A DNA stretch of 64,000 nt, taken from positions 11,739,947 to 11,803,946 of the forward strand of contig NC_134030.1 of NCBI RefSeq assembly GCF_964204645.1. The letters run 5' to 3'. Positions 24,871 through 37,000 of the stretch are shown one piece after another. Below the pieces are notes generated by a model that worked only from the letters and a program-made list of their open reading frames with translations, was not told where the DNA came from and did no database searches. Made by a program: the position numbers and the translations under genes. Every line of letters begins with the position of its first letter. Position 1 is the first letter of the stretch. This DNA comes from Tubulanus polymorphus. Taxonomy: Eukaryota > Animalia > Nemertea.

Positions 24871-26218
24871 CATTGAAGAGTGCAAAAACTGTTAACTGTT
24901 ATATGCAGAAGACTCTTAGAAAAAGCTACAGAATTCAATCATCATCCCAAGCAGCTGAAGTTGAATTATTTATCCGGGTAAAGAAATCATTTTATACTTT
25001 TGCTTAATTTTTTTCAAATGGTTATCATTTCAGAACAATGTCAAAAGGAGAAGGGTGCGAAAGAGGCCAACATAAGACATGCCATTACTCAAAGATTTAT
25101 AAAATTTATGAAGATGAATAAATCAGTTAGTATGGAAAATGTGAATCTCTTGAGTACGTTCATTCTAAACAGCACATGGATTAAGGAGATGGTCCTCACA
25201 TGGTGGTTTGATTTGAATTCAACAAAAAATAGCAATTGAAGACACATGTATTTAGCATGAAGTACACGTGTAAGACACGTGTAATATTGGATGAAATACA
25301 CATGTAATTAGGATAAAGTACACGTGTAATACAAGATGAAAAACACGTGTAATAAGGATGAAGTACACGTGTAATACACGTGTAATTTGGATGAAGTACA
25401 CGTGTAATAAGGATGAAGTACACGTGTAATTAGGATGAAGTACACGTGTAATACACGTGTAATTTGGATGAAGTACACGTGTAATTAGGATGAAGTACAC
25501 GTGTAATTGGGATAAAGTACACGTGTAAAATTGGGCCAATTTTACACGTGTACTTGAAATACACGTGTATTTTCATTTACAATTACACGTGTACCATTTT
25601 CATAAGGGAAAAAACCAATGAGCTTGAAACTCACCTCGATCATAGAACATGTCATGAGCTACAACTTTCCAATTGATTATAGTAGCAAAATATGCTTAAG
25701 TATCAATTATGATGTGGAAAAACTTTTTTCCACCTACGAATGAGTACTGATGACCCCAAGATGGCTGCCAAGTGCGTCATAATTGCCTGGTCAAAAATAC
25801 CCTCTCGGATATAAAAGATCCCTTTCCAAAGAATACCCATTACAAATTGCAATGAAACATGGCGCACCATTAGAAAGTTACAGTACTCAGAATTCAGGCC
25901 AAAATTGACATTTTTGGGAACAAAAAAGGTCACAGTACGGCCATCTTGAGTCCGATCGACTCAATTTTTCTCATGCCGATGGGCCCTCGGGGGATACAAA
26001 TATATACGAATGATCAAGGTTATTGATAAAAGTGTCTTCAAAATTTCCCTCGAAAACTTCAAAAATGTGTAAAAAGTGCGGATTTTGGCGAACAACAATG
26101 GCTGCCAGTCGGCCATCTTGAATCTGACAGGGCCAGTTTTTGGCCTGAAGATGTGTCTAGGGTAGATACACGTATAAAACAAATATCAAGACATTACCTT
26201 GAAGCGTCTTCAAAACTT

Positions 26219-26372
26219 TGGAACTCTCACGAACTATCTAGATGGTTATCTCTCGACCTCAATAGCTTCAAGACCCATCTCAAAACAACTTTGTTCCATG
26301 CAGCATACCATTAACTCTCGGAAAGCGAATTGTATTTAACATTTTTGGAAGAATAAAATTTTAGAATAGAAT
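26219..26372 (+). mobile_element. L2/CR1 LINE 3' end
   Basis: WNS..DLNSFKTHLKTTLF..Y* then AATAAA and a TAGAA tail. Confidence 0.55.
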
Positions 26373-26559
26373 TTGCAATTCGGGCACATGGCTAATTAGC
26401 ATATCAAGGTCATACACCCGATTTGGTAAAACCTTTTTTTCGCGAACCTTGCGCAATTGTCAAGGATGAATTTTCTGTAGAGCAAATAAAAATTCCTCCC
26501 AAACACCAAATCAACTAAAGATTTCATAGAAATCGATCTTGAAATACAATTTTAAATCT

Positions 26560-26820
26560 TAAAATAAAACCCGGAAGTAAAACAGTAGACGATACCGCGG
26601 ATTCACGTGAACACCTGATTTCTGTAAACGAAAGGTTGGTTGTGACAAAATTGTTCAGAGGGTTTAAGGTGGTAATAAGTACGGAAACGTAACGACCATG
26701 GTCGACTTATTCGATGAAATCAGGCCTATGTGATATCCAAATTTTGACTTTTTTATTCTCCAGACCTCCCTGATATAGAAATAAAAAATTTTGGTGGTAC
26801 GAAAGTGCAATCACAGCGCC
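26560..26820 (+). mobile_element. Diverged terminus of the Merlin-like family seen at 56232-57715
   Basis: AAATAAAAAATTTTGGTGGTACGAAAGTGCAATCACAGCGCC matches the end at 57715. Confidence 0.55.
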
Positions 26821-27801
26821 GACGGGGACAGAGCCGTGTCAGAGATCGGCGGAGTGAAAATTGAGGTGGAAGAACACGAAGAAGTAGGCTATTGCGCTAC
26901 TTGAATCACGAAAACTCCTGGCGCGGCCCCGACGCTTTTCGTTGATTAAGTAATACAAATATCATGCAATTGGTTTTCACAATCTACCGCTGGTATTTAC
27001 CGGATTTCAATATCACTCCAAAATTCAAAGAAACCTCGAAATATCGAACCGGAACACTTCCGGTAGATATCCGCGGCTGCCCAACCGGGAAACTTATTTG
27101 TTTCAATAGATATTGATAGGATCCATCATCTTCACCCGTCAAGGGATTCGAACCCACTAAGCTAAAGCCATGCCAGAATCGGGTCGGGCCAATCACAGCG
27201 CTTGTAACAAACCACATTAGGCTTCTGTGGAATTTCCCAGTAAATGGGCCAATCAGCGAACACGTAGCGAACGCGGAAGTATTGTCGCATGTTGATACAA
27301 GACGTCATGCGCAAAAGCGCCAGTAATGAAATCGCGATAATTCACGTGAACAGCTGCTGATATTTTCAGATAAACCAATCACAGGGAAGACACAACTTCC
27401 TGATTGGCTGATAAAAATTGAAATTTTCCCGATTTAACTTTCGTGAAAAATGCAGAAAACATTTTTATGAGACCCTATTTCAAAATTCTGCTCGCTACGA
27501 TTCCGAGAATGGATTACGCTTAAATACGTGATTTGTTCGAATATGCCCTCACTTGGCAAGCAAAAGAGCCTTTTGTGTGGAAACCATGTCATTTAAATTC
27601 GCTCCATTTGTATAGTAATAGGCTCAGCCTACGGCTGGCCTAAAAAGGAGACAATAACTTTCTCGTCCACAGTTCGTTTTTTATTTTTATTCATAATGAG
27701 TGATGGGAAAAATACAAGTTGTAAGTCTTTTTTTTCAGGATAAAGAAAACAAATTGATTGTAATTTTTTCAGGCTATTGGACTACTTGATTCTTTTTACA
27801 T

Positions 27802-28440
27802 ATGCTCCACTCTTTATATTTGCAGGAAATGGCGAATTATTCTATACATGCAGATCCAAAATATGTCAGCCCCGTTATCAAAATGAGAAACCCATACCAT
27901 CTGATACCTTGTAACGTGATGCGAGGTGCTCATTGGGTCCTACTTGTAGTCGATAAAAATACAAGTAGGGTCCACATCATGGACAACCTGGCTGACGCAG
28001 AGACAAAGAAAACTGTGCTCAGATATTTTAGTAAATACAATACATTGGATAAAAACTGGAATCTAGAGTTTATACCAGAAATTGCCGGTAACGACGGGTA
28101 TTCCTGTGGTCTGTATGTAGTTCGTAACGCGGATAGATATATGGGAAACGATACTTCCCATATGTATCAGGAACAATATTTTAACTGTAGTGTTGATAAA
28201 CTATCGAAATACATGGAAATAGTGACTGTCGAGGATATTTTTTCAAACGATAGTGACTGCATTATAGTGTCGGAAGATTCTAAGTATTTTGATAATGATA
28301 GTGAAATTTTTAAAAACTATGGAATGGGTGTAACCGACTACGCAGCTCCACTTGATCTATGGGCTGCGGGTGTAGAGCGGTGGTCGCGTCACGAAGTTTG
28401 TGAAAAGTATTCACAAATATGCACAAGGATTATATCATGA
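27802..28440 (+). CDS. Ulp1/SENP-like (C48) cysteine protease domain ORF, TE-borne
   Basis: LIPCNVMRGAHWVLLVVDKNTSRVHIMDNL (His, Asp) and NDGYSCGLYVVRNA (Cys). Preceded by acceptor-like TTGCAG at 27825. Confidence 0.75.
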   Translation: MLHSLYLQEMANYSIHADPKYVSPVIKMRNPYHLIPCNVMRGAHWVLLVVDKNTSRVHIMDNLADAETKKTVLRYFSKYNTLDKNWNLEFIPEIAGNDGYSCGLYVVRNADRYMGNDTSHMYQEQYFNCSVDKLSKYMEIVTVEDIFSNDSDCIIVSEDSKYFDNDSEIFKNYGMGVTDYAAPLDLWAAGVERWSRHEVCEKYSQICTRIIS

Positions 28441-28559
28441 AAAATGCTGATAATCCAGTATCATGTGACACTTATTGGCGTATCGTGGCAGATATCAAGT
28501 TTAGTTCTTGCTTTTTTGGGCCTGTGAAATGTATAGAAATGATGCAGAAGTACCCTTTA

Positions 28560-28900
28560 ATGGGGCCACTTTAGTATGTTCAGCAGATCTTGAAAAAAGT
28601 AATTGTACTACCCCTAGTAGTTTTTCTATGAAACCTTTGCACCTCTAAGGAAAAATTACTCAAAGACAAAGCCAATTGGTGTTATCTGGCATGAGTGGTC
28701 CTAATGACGAAGATATCACTAGCACCTTTGAAAAAGTCATTAGAGAGCACAGGGATATAAAGTATTTCCAGTTCTACTGCGATAACTGAGAAGGTCAAAA
28801 CAAGAACTGAACCCTCTACACAGCTCTATGTTGGGTGGTAACTATTATTGATAAACTAATGAATACTTAGAAAAAGGCCATACCTTCATGAGCGCGGATA
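28560..28900 (+). pseudogene. Sola1-type DDD transposase remnant
   Basis: Manual translation across frameshifts: VCSADLEKVIVLP..VFYETFAPL..PIGVIWHE..EDITSTFEKVIREHRDIKYFQFYCDN*EGQNKN*TLYTAL..YLEKGHTFMSAD. Confidence 0.7.
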
Positions 28901-29229
28901 TTTTTAAAAATCCTAAATGAGTCCCTATTGATCCCTTAGCAGATTATAATAGGTATAACACACTGACCCAAACTGTGTGTTCCTATTCACCCCGAAATCG
29001 GGGTCAATAGGAGCAGGCACATTATTTTTAAACATTTTTAAGTTCCTTTTTAAATTTTGGTAAGTTAATTTACCACCTTTTAGCACTTAGTCATGGACAT
29101 AATATAGATAACCAGGGGAATCCAAGTAAGATAAGATAAGAGAAGGAAATATTCGAAAATCGTTCCTACTCACCCCGTTTTACGGTACTCTAGAATAACA
29201 TAAAAGTATGAAAAGGATTAAAGGAAGCG

Positions 29230-29400
29230 AACTTTTCTGCCAAAGTGGCTTTATGACTTTGTATGGCTGAAGCACATTAAAACAGTCGGAATGCTGTGTA
29301 CTATTTGTGTGGAATTTAATTCTCACGACCCTGAAAGCTCAGCCTTCATCAAAGGCTGTAATAATTATAAGAAGGGCAGTTTTACTAGTCATGAGGGGTC
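29230..29400 (+). pseudogene. hAT TTF-type zinc-finger fragment
   Basis: WLYDFVWLKH..GMLCTICVEF..AFIKGCNNYKKGSFTSHEGS. Confidence 0.6.
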
Positions 29401-29498
29401 GACAATTGAAAATGAACTTGAAGGTGAACTGGATGATAATGACTATGATGAAGATGATGATGCAGGGGACATGGTGTCAGAGACGAGTGAAGAAAAAC

Positions 29499-30755
29499 AA
29501 CTAGGGGTCCAGGGACACCATGCCCACTTGGGAAGTCGTTCCAAATGCTTAACAATCTAACAATTTCAATATTCAACGCCCCCGGTGACCACATACAAAA
29601 ACCAATGACCTTGAAACTCACTACAATCATAGAACATGTCAGCAGCTACGATTTTGTACTCGATTGTGATATCAAAATATGCCTCGTTACCAATTTAATA
29701 TGGAAATACTAAGTTATTCTACTATTTAACGCCCCCTGGTGACCATATTCAAAACCCAATGACCTGGAACTCACCACAATCATAGGACATGTCATGAACT
29801 ACAACTGAACTTCAACTGTAATTGATCATGGTAACAAAATATGCCAGTATAATAAGGAAATACTAAGTTATTCTACTATTCGACGCCCCCTGGTGACCAT
29901 ATAGAATAACTGATGGCCTTAAAACTAGCCTAAATCATAGATGATGTCATGAGCTACATCTTTGCAATTGATTGTAGTTACAAAATATGCATTGATACAA
30001 ATATAATATTGAAATACTAAGATATTGTATTATTCAACGCCCCCTGGTGGCCATATAAAAAACCAATGACCTTGAAACTCACCAGAATCATAGAACACGT
30101 TATGAGCTACAAGTTTCTAATTGATTGTGGTAACAAAATACGCTTAGGTATCAATATACTGTGGAAAGACTTTTCCCACGAATGAGTACTGATGACACCA
30201 AGATGGCTGTCAATTGCGTCATAATTGGCTGATCAAAAATACCTGTCTCAGGTATAAAACATCCCTTTTCTAAAATACCCATCACAAATTGCAATGAGAA
30301 ATGGCAAACCAGTAGGGAGCTAAATGACTCGGAATTCGGGCCGATATTGACATTTTTGGGCACTAAAAAGGTCATAGGACGGTCATCTTGAGTCCGACCG
30401 ACCCAATTTTTGTTATGCTGATGGGCCCTGGGGGGATTCACATATAACCGAAAGATCAAGGTAATTGATCAAAGCGTCTTCAAAATTTCCCTCAAAAAGT
30501 TCAAAAATGTGTAAAAAGTGTTGATTTTGGCGAACAACAATGGCTGCCAGTCGGCCATATTGATTCTGACAGGGCCAGTTTTTTTGGGCTGGAGATGATG
30601 TGTCTAGGGTAGAAACATGTGTAACCCAAATATCAAGACATTACATTGAAGCGTCTTCAAAACTTCCCAAATTAACTGGATTCCGTCTACGGACGGACGG
30701 ACGGACGAAAAGTGAACGCAATCGCCCGCTGGGACTAAAGTCCCAAGTGGGCTAA
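29499..30755 (-). mobile_element. HINE (Helentron non-autonomous element) with about four 155-bp internal tandem repeats
   Basis: Minus strand: TT, subTIR GCCCACTTGGGA + IR, (CCGT)n microsatellite, core, repeats (units at about 29570, 29722, 29878, 30032), 3' subTIR, hairpin and CTAGTT. Confidence 0.9.
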
Positions 30756-31529
30756 AAAGCAGAAAAAAGTATTTTTGAAATATTAAGAGGGTTATTGTTA
30801 GATGAAGAAAAATAAACTAGAGGACCAAAGGTCCAGTTCTCTCGAGCTCCTGTTTTATTAACACAGTACAATTTTGATTTTCGAAGTAACACAGGAAGTA
30901 GCATATGCTTTAAATTAATTATTTTTCCTCTCAAAGATTGATTCATGCTGAACAAAGCTTAAATTAGTTTGATATTTTTTGCTGAATAATATCAAATTGG
31001 ATTTGTTCGTAAGCACATGGCTAATTAGCATATCACAACATCCACGCCTACGACAGCGACTTGAGAAAACACTTTTTTACCCAACCCTTACACAATTGTG
31101 CATTTAAAAAGACCTTCCATATACTGAGTCAATTTAAGATTTTACAAAATCAAACTTGAAATGATTATTGTGCGGTATCGTCCACACAGCAAAAAAGCGC
31201 AATGCTGACAACTGACTACATTGTCCTTATATTCATCCGCACAGACACGAATGCATAAACAACTCACCAATCGAAAAATAGTTAAATCATGACAATTTAT
31301 TTATTCATTATACATCATAATAACTCTGGAATCATAAGTGCCAAAATGTATATTAGCCCTGAAATTATGGAACTATTTGTTCAGCGCGCATGCATACATG
31401 TGTGTGCTTCGCACGACAGGCAGCATAGACAACCGATCTCCAGGCATCGTCATGATAGCTCTCTCGTTCCCCGAGAGTTAAAAACATGTATTCCATAGCG
31501 TTTGTTACATTTTAACTTCAAAAACATAA

Positions 31530-32346
31530 GGGCCAGTAGGTAAGGTGCAGGACCAGAAGTTTCAGAATCCACTGGTCCCTGTGACCGTCCGTCCGTCCCT
31601 CCGCATGAGCTTGTGAATGCGATTCAAGAAGAACCGTTGATCGCAGGACTATGATATTACACAGTATGATTTTGCCTAGGGAGAGGATGTGCACTATTGA
31701 TTTTGGGGTCCAAAGACCAAAGGTCAAGGTCACTACACGTCATTCATGTGAAACCTTGTGAACGTTATTCAAGAAGAACCGTCGATAGCAGTACCATAAT
31801 ATTATGTAGTATGATTACCCCTAGGAAGAGGATGTGCCCTATTGATTCTGGGATCCAAGGTCAAGGTCACTTCAGGTTTTCACGTGAAACCTTTTGTCGT
31901 GAATGTGATTCAGAAAGAACTGTTCATAGCAATAAAATGATATTACATCGCATGATTACACCAAGGGAGAGGATGTGCCCAATTGATTTTGGGGAAAAAG
32001 TCAAGGTCACTAGATATCATTCATATGAAACCTTGTAAACACGATTCAAAAACCATTGATAACGGAACAATGCTATTTCATAGTATGATTACCCCTGGGG
32101 AGAGGATGTGCATTAGTGATTTTGGAGTTCTAGGGTCAAAGGTCAAGGTTGATAGACGTCTTTTGCCTAAAACCCTGTAAACTCAATTCTTAAATAACCA
32201 TTCATAGCAGGAAAATGATATTTCATAGTATGGTTATCCCTGGATACACTCATCATTTTTCTATACCAAAGATCAGTGTCTTCAGGGGTCATTCATTCCC
32301 TACTGGCTATCGCGGACATAGATACGTAGTATCGAATTGCCTTGTT
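31530..32346 (+). mobile_element. HINE with ~120-bp AAGGTCAAGGTCA-containing tandem repeats
   Basis: (CCGT)n at 31585, repeated ATGATTACCCCTAGGGAGAGGATGTGCCCTATTGATTTTGGGG..AAGGTCAAGGTCA, ending CTTGTT. Confidence 0.75.
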
Positions 32347-33849
32347 TTTTCTTATTTCTAAACCCTGCATTTGTGAACATCGCTGACATATATTGTAGGA
32401 TGGCTGTGGAAAAAACTAAAACGTTAAATTTAAAACAAGAAAACAATTTCTTAAAATGGACTCCATGTTAGTAAGTGTGAACTTTTAATAAAACTGTCTT
32501 TAATTAGAACTTTCTTGAATAACATCTTCGAAAAGATTGATGATGGGAATTTCAAGATTTAACAAACGTTCATAATCTAAATATACCCTGAGAAAAGATG
32601 ACATAAGCAACTAAAACTAAGAGAAAAAGCTTACGAATTCGTACAAGGCGGTACAAACTAACTGATTGTTTACTCATCGGTTCTTCAAATCATACGGACA
32701 CAGTCATAAACCTAATCAGATGCTGCTATAAATTCTTCAAATTTCAGGCCAGTAAAAATTAACCAGGCCCGTTACTGACGGAACATTTATTGACTGACTG
32801 TAGTTGTGTAGGTAAGTGTCAGTGGGTTGTACCGCGTGCACGAACTCAAGTCGCGCGTTATCTATCATAGGTGTTATCGAATACTGATACATAGACAGCG
32901 AACGCTGCGTGTATATGAAGCAATATTGCCGACGCGCTCGTACTCGGACGAATCGACACGCAGTATTCTCATCACAGTGCCGCAGTTAACAAAATAAATA
33001 CAGATAATAGGGGTCCAATAAGGATCTTAATGCGAAAATTTACAAATTTATACACTATGGCCAGCCTGTTAGCTTTTCATAAATGTGGCAAATGATGCAT
33101 TCTGTGATTTGAATGGCCTTAAGCTTTTAATCATTTTCAATTTGTGCACTATCATCCTCCGACTTCCCAGGAATTCGCTTGCTGCTAACGAAATCTTTAG
33201 ATCCTGCATGTTCCAAGGAAAGAGAGTCTACTGTTATTACCTTTCTTAGCGCAGAAGCCTGTTTTGTGCAGCGTCATTCAAAACTAACATTCACCTTCTT
33301 AACTGGTGTTTAACATTTTAACCAAAACATAACACTGAAGATGTTTCCACTGAAATAATATATTTTTTTCTTCTCAATTTACATATCAGGTAAAACAAAC
33401 AATTCACCAGCTAGTTTTTCTCAACCAACATTAAATTGACCAACATTAATTTTCCGGTCAGCCATGCCCACTGCACACTGCAAAAATGGATGACTATCTT
33501 GACATCTCGTGCGACAAAGATAGTCATTTGAATAAGCAAAATTGTATGAAGTTGTTTGTAACTGTATGATATACGTTCATCTAGAGTGCTTTTTTAGTCT
33601 TTTCTAATGGTTTGCTAACATTGGCTGCTGATTATGCAACTGTCTTTGAAAGAACTCCTATTAAAGAACACAGTACATGTGTATTCTCATTCAAATGGCA
33701 AGCCAGCATCTTACATCTTACTATCTTACAAAACCGGAGACAAAAGGACGAAATTGTATTTGGAAAAAGATTGCCACTTTATAGATACACCCAATTTTCA
33801 TTACTGAAGTTTTCAAATTCAAACAAATATAATTATTTATGGACATATG

Positions 33850-34012
33850 TTAGAACCTCGTTGAATATTGCGAAATATTTTTCTCTGGCGACTGTTTATG
33901 TGCAATATATAAGAAGCCAATGCTGGACAATGCACTGACAAGGAATATGACATCAAACCAGCGATGATAAAAGTTGAACTGTAGGTCTCCCAAAACTTCT
34001 GTTATTATCGAC
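33850..34012 (-). CDS. GPR89: GPR89 exon 15 (last coding exon)
   Basis: [53 protein letters not shown]. Confidence 0.95.
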
Positions 34013-37000
34013 CTGAAAAATCAATATGATGTAAGCCAATGCATGAGTTACGTATGTTAAGTTTTTTGGCAAAGTTGTTATTTTGACCAGAGGCCCAAAG
34101 ACCTTGTTAACCTGAGAATATCGTTGTCACAATGGAGATTTGTCGTACGATAGCCACACTTAGACGTGGTATGATTAAAACATTACTATTTATAAATTTT
34201 ATAGATAAGAAATAAAGTATATGATATTGCCCACTAGTTTTTCTGTGCTTTTTAATCACTCGAGTTTCAGGCTTTGTTTTAAAATTACTTCAACTTGCAT
34301 CATATATTACCCCTAATTATATACAGTGAAACATGCTTAATCCATATTGGTTTAATTGGGATTTTGGTCTAATCCGAACAATATTTGCTGTCTAAAACTT
34401 CCTTTATATATAAGAAAATTATCTTTAATCCAGATTTCCCTTAATCCAGATGAATTTTGTTGGTCCCTAATCATCAGAATTAAGCAGATTCTACTGTATA
34501 GTTATATATTACCTTACAAGGGTGGATAGATAATAATCACGAATAAAATAGATAAGAACTTCATACATAGTACCCGTACGTAACACTCACCTATATTCTG
34601 AAGGCATGTTCATCCGCATGAGTAAAACCGAAGACACAAAATACATTCCCTAGAAATTAAATTTTAATTACCTCAATCAAATATTCACTCTTTATAAACC
34701 AAACACAATTGTTGAGGAAGTTAGTTCATATTCGTATTGCTAGTATGCCGTAACCTAATCCGTATACTACTGAAAACCAAATTCTGTATACGTGTAGTGT
34801 ATGCTACGTGGTAGTGATAGTCAAGCAGAAATAAACATTATATGTTCTGTTAAATATATCGTGTTTTGTCCTGTGTGCCGGACCTCGGAAAGTCAACATG
34901 GTGGCAGCGTAAGTCAGAACGTATTATATGGTAAATTGGTAATCAATCGCTGGTCCTCGGTTTGATTATAACAAAAACAAGTGTTTTGTTTTGCTGAGAT
35001 CGTCATCGGAGAGAAGAGATGATGGCTGATTCTGCTGCTGTATTTCAGCCCCCTACATATCTAAATGTAGCGGAGGGGAACATTGCGGAAAATTTCCGAA
35101 AGAGGAAACGAAGGTTAGAAATTTATTTGCAAGCGAGTGGTGCGTTCTAAGAGAAACCACCTGCGAGACAGACTGCCATAATTTAGCAGTGTGCTGGACC
35201 GCAGGTCAACGAGATATATGACCAGTTTGAATGGGAAAACGAAGAGGATGAGTTAAAACCAGATGTTGTCCCGAGCACATTAGAGAAATATTGCAACCCA
35301 AGACAGAATGAGGAACTGATGACTCATTGTTTCTGGTCAATTACATGGCAGGAACCATTCGATGTTTTTCTCACCAAGCTTTGAACTTGAGCCGATTGGT
35401 GTAACTTTAAGGAGAAAAATCGCATGATTCGAGATAAGATCGTTTTCTCTGTTCCAGTAAAACTGCAAGAACGTCTCCTGCGAGAGGACATGCTGGACCT
35501 AAAGAAAGCGGTCGACATATGTAGAGCATATGAACAATCGTTATCTCATGCGAGAGAAATCCATGATGCGCATGTTTAATCCGGAAATGGGGTTAAAGTA
35601 AACAGAATCAGTACGAACCAGATGGTTTCCAAACCACGAGCTGCACATGCTGCGAAAGGAAAGGGAAGACCGAAGAATCAAAGACAGCCAATTACAGACT
35701 GCGATTTCTGTGGTTACAAACATGCAGCCGGAAAAGAAAGAAAGACGGTCAGAATCATTTTAAAGCAAAATGTAAGTCGAAAATACATGCAGTCGATATT
35801 TCGAGTGAAAAACGGCTCGACTTTGGAGACGACTGCTGGCTTAATGCCGTGCAGGCTGACACGAAAGCGGTTTAACAAGCACGGATGCAAGTGAATGATT
35901 GCGATATCAAATTTCAAGTCGATAGCGGCGCAAATGTGAATACTATTTGCCAACGTTTCGTACGAAAAGAACAAGTTCGTGAAAGAACGAAGAATCTCAT
36001 AATGTGGAACCACACTCAGATGAAGCCTTTGGGTGAAACTACGTTGACAGTGACTAATCTGCGTAACACAACACCGAGTCCGATTTACCGTCGTGCCGAA
36101 CAAGTTTATATGTCTACTTGGTCTCAAAACGATACAAGACATGAATTTAATAACTGTGAATAATGATCACTTCATTTCTGCAATGAAAACAGAGCCCGAA
36201 CCACTGGGTGATCTTGGCATAGCCCCCCGAACCACTGGGTGATCTTGGCATAGCCCACCTGACTGTAGATCCCGATGTTCACCCGTGACAGCTCTCGTGT
36301 AGGAAGATACCGTTAGCCCTACATGCCGATGTAAAGAATGAACTAGAACGATTAGTTGACTGTGGTGTGCTGGTTCCGAACCAACCCAATGGGTCAGCCA
36401 GATGGCAGTGGTCCGTAAACCGAACGGTAACCTCTGCATATGTATTGATCCGAAGCCGCTAAACGATGCGTTACAATGCGAACATTACAAGCTGACGACG
36501 GTAGATGATGTCCTACCCATGTTACGGAATGTGAAGGTATTCAGTAAGCTAGATGTGAAAGAAGCTTATTGCCATGTTCGTCTCAATCAGGAATCGAGTC
36601 TGCTAACCACAATCATCACACCTTTTGGCCAATTCTGATGGGCGCGTTTACCATTTGGTTTGAAGGTCAGCAGTGGCGGCTCGATGAAGCGCTGTCCGGT
36701 ATTGCGGGTGTTTTCTCGATCGCTGATGATTTGACTGTTGCTGGATGCGGCAACACGATGGCAGAAGCGACTACCGATAATCAAGGGAAACTAGAAAAAC
36801 TATACAAGCGCTGTGAAGAAGAAAATATAATTCTGAACAATGACAAAGCTGAGATCGGAAAGACAGCGATCAAAATACATGGTCATCTGTTGAAGAATGA
36901 GGGCGTCAAGGCAGAACAGTCGAAGATTGCGGCAATATGTAAGATGCCTGCACCCACAGATGTCACCGGTATCAAACGGTTGTGTTGTATATGGTGCAGG

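Larger units (their letters stand above)
16516..25608. mobile_element. CMC/EnSpm (CACTA-like) non-autonomous DNA transposon
   Basis: 25-bp TIR CCCTTATGAAAATGGTACACGTGTA at both ends and probable 2-bp AA TSD. Subterminal TACACGTGTA arrays (16530-16810, 25240-25595). Minus-strand remnant DDPLHTNAEVTLRGAVTTIMMFSLK..LTGLLDRLNLLL (17413-17613) resembles animal EnSpm transposase N-termini. Confidence 0.8.
16309..26218 (-). mobile_element. HINE copy (same family as 29499 and 41262) interrupted by the CMC element
   Basis: Starts AACAAGAGCCCCAAGGGGC. The repeat unit CCCCCTGGTGGCCATA|AAAAAACCAATG is split at 16515/25609. 25610-26218 aligns with 30060-30665. Confidence 0.8.

Noticed and set aside
25089-25539. 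Several ORFs with ITRVLH/LHVYF repeats
   Set aside because: Translations of the TACACGTGTA subterminal array.
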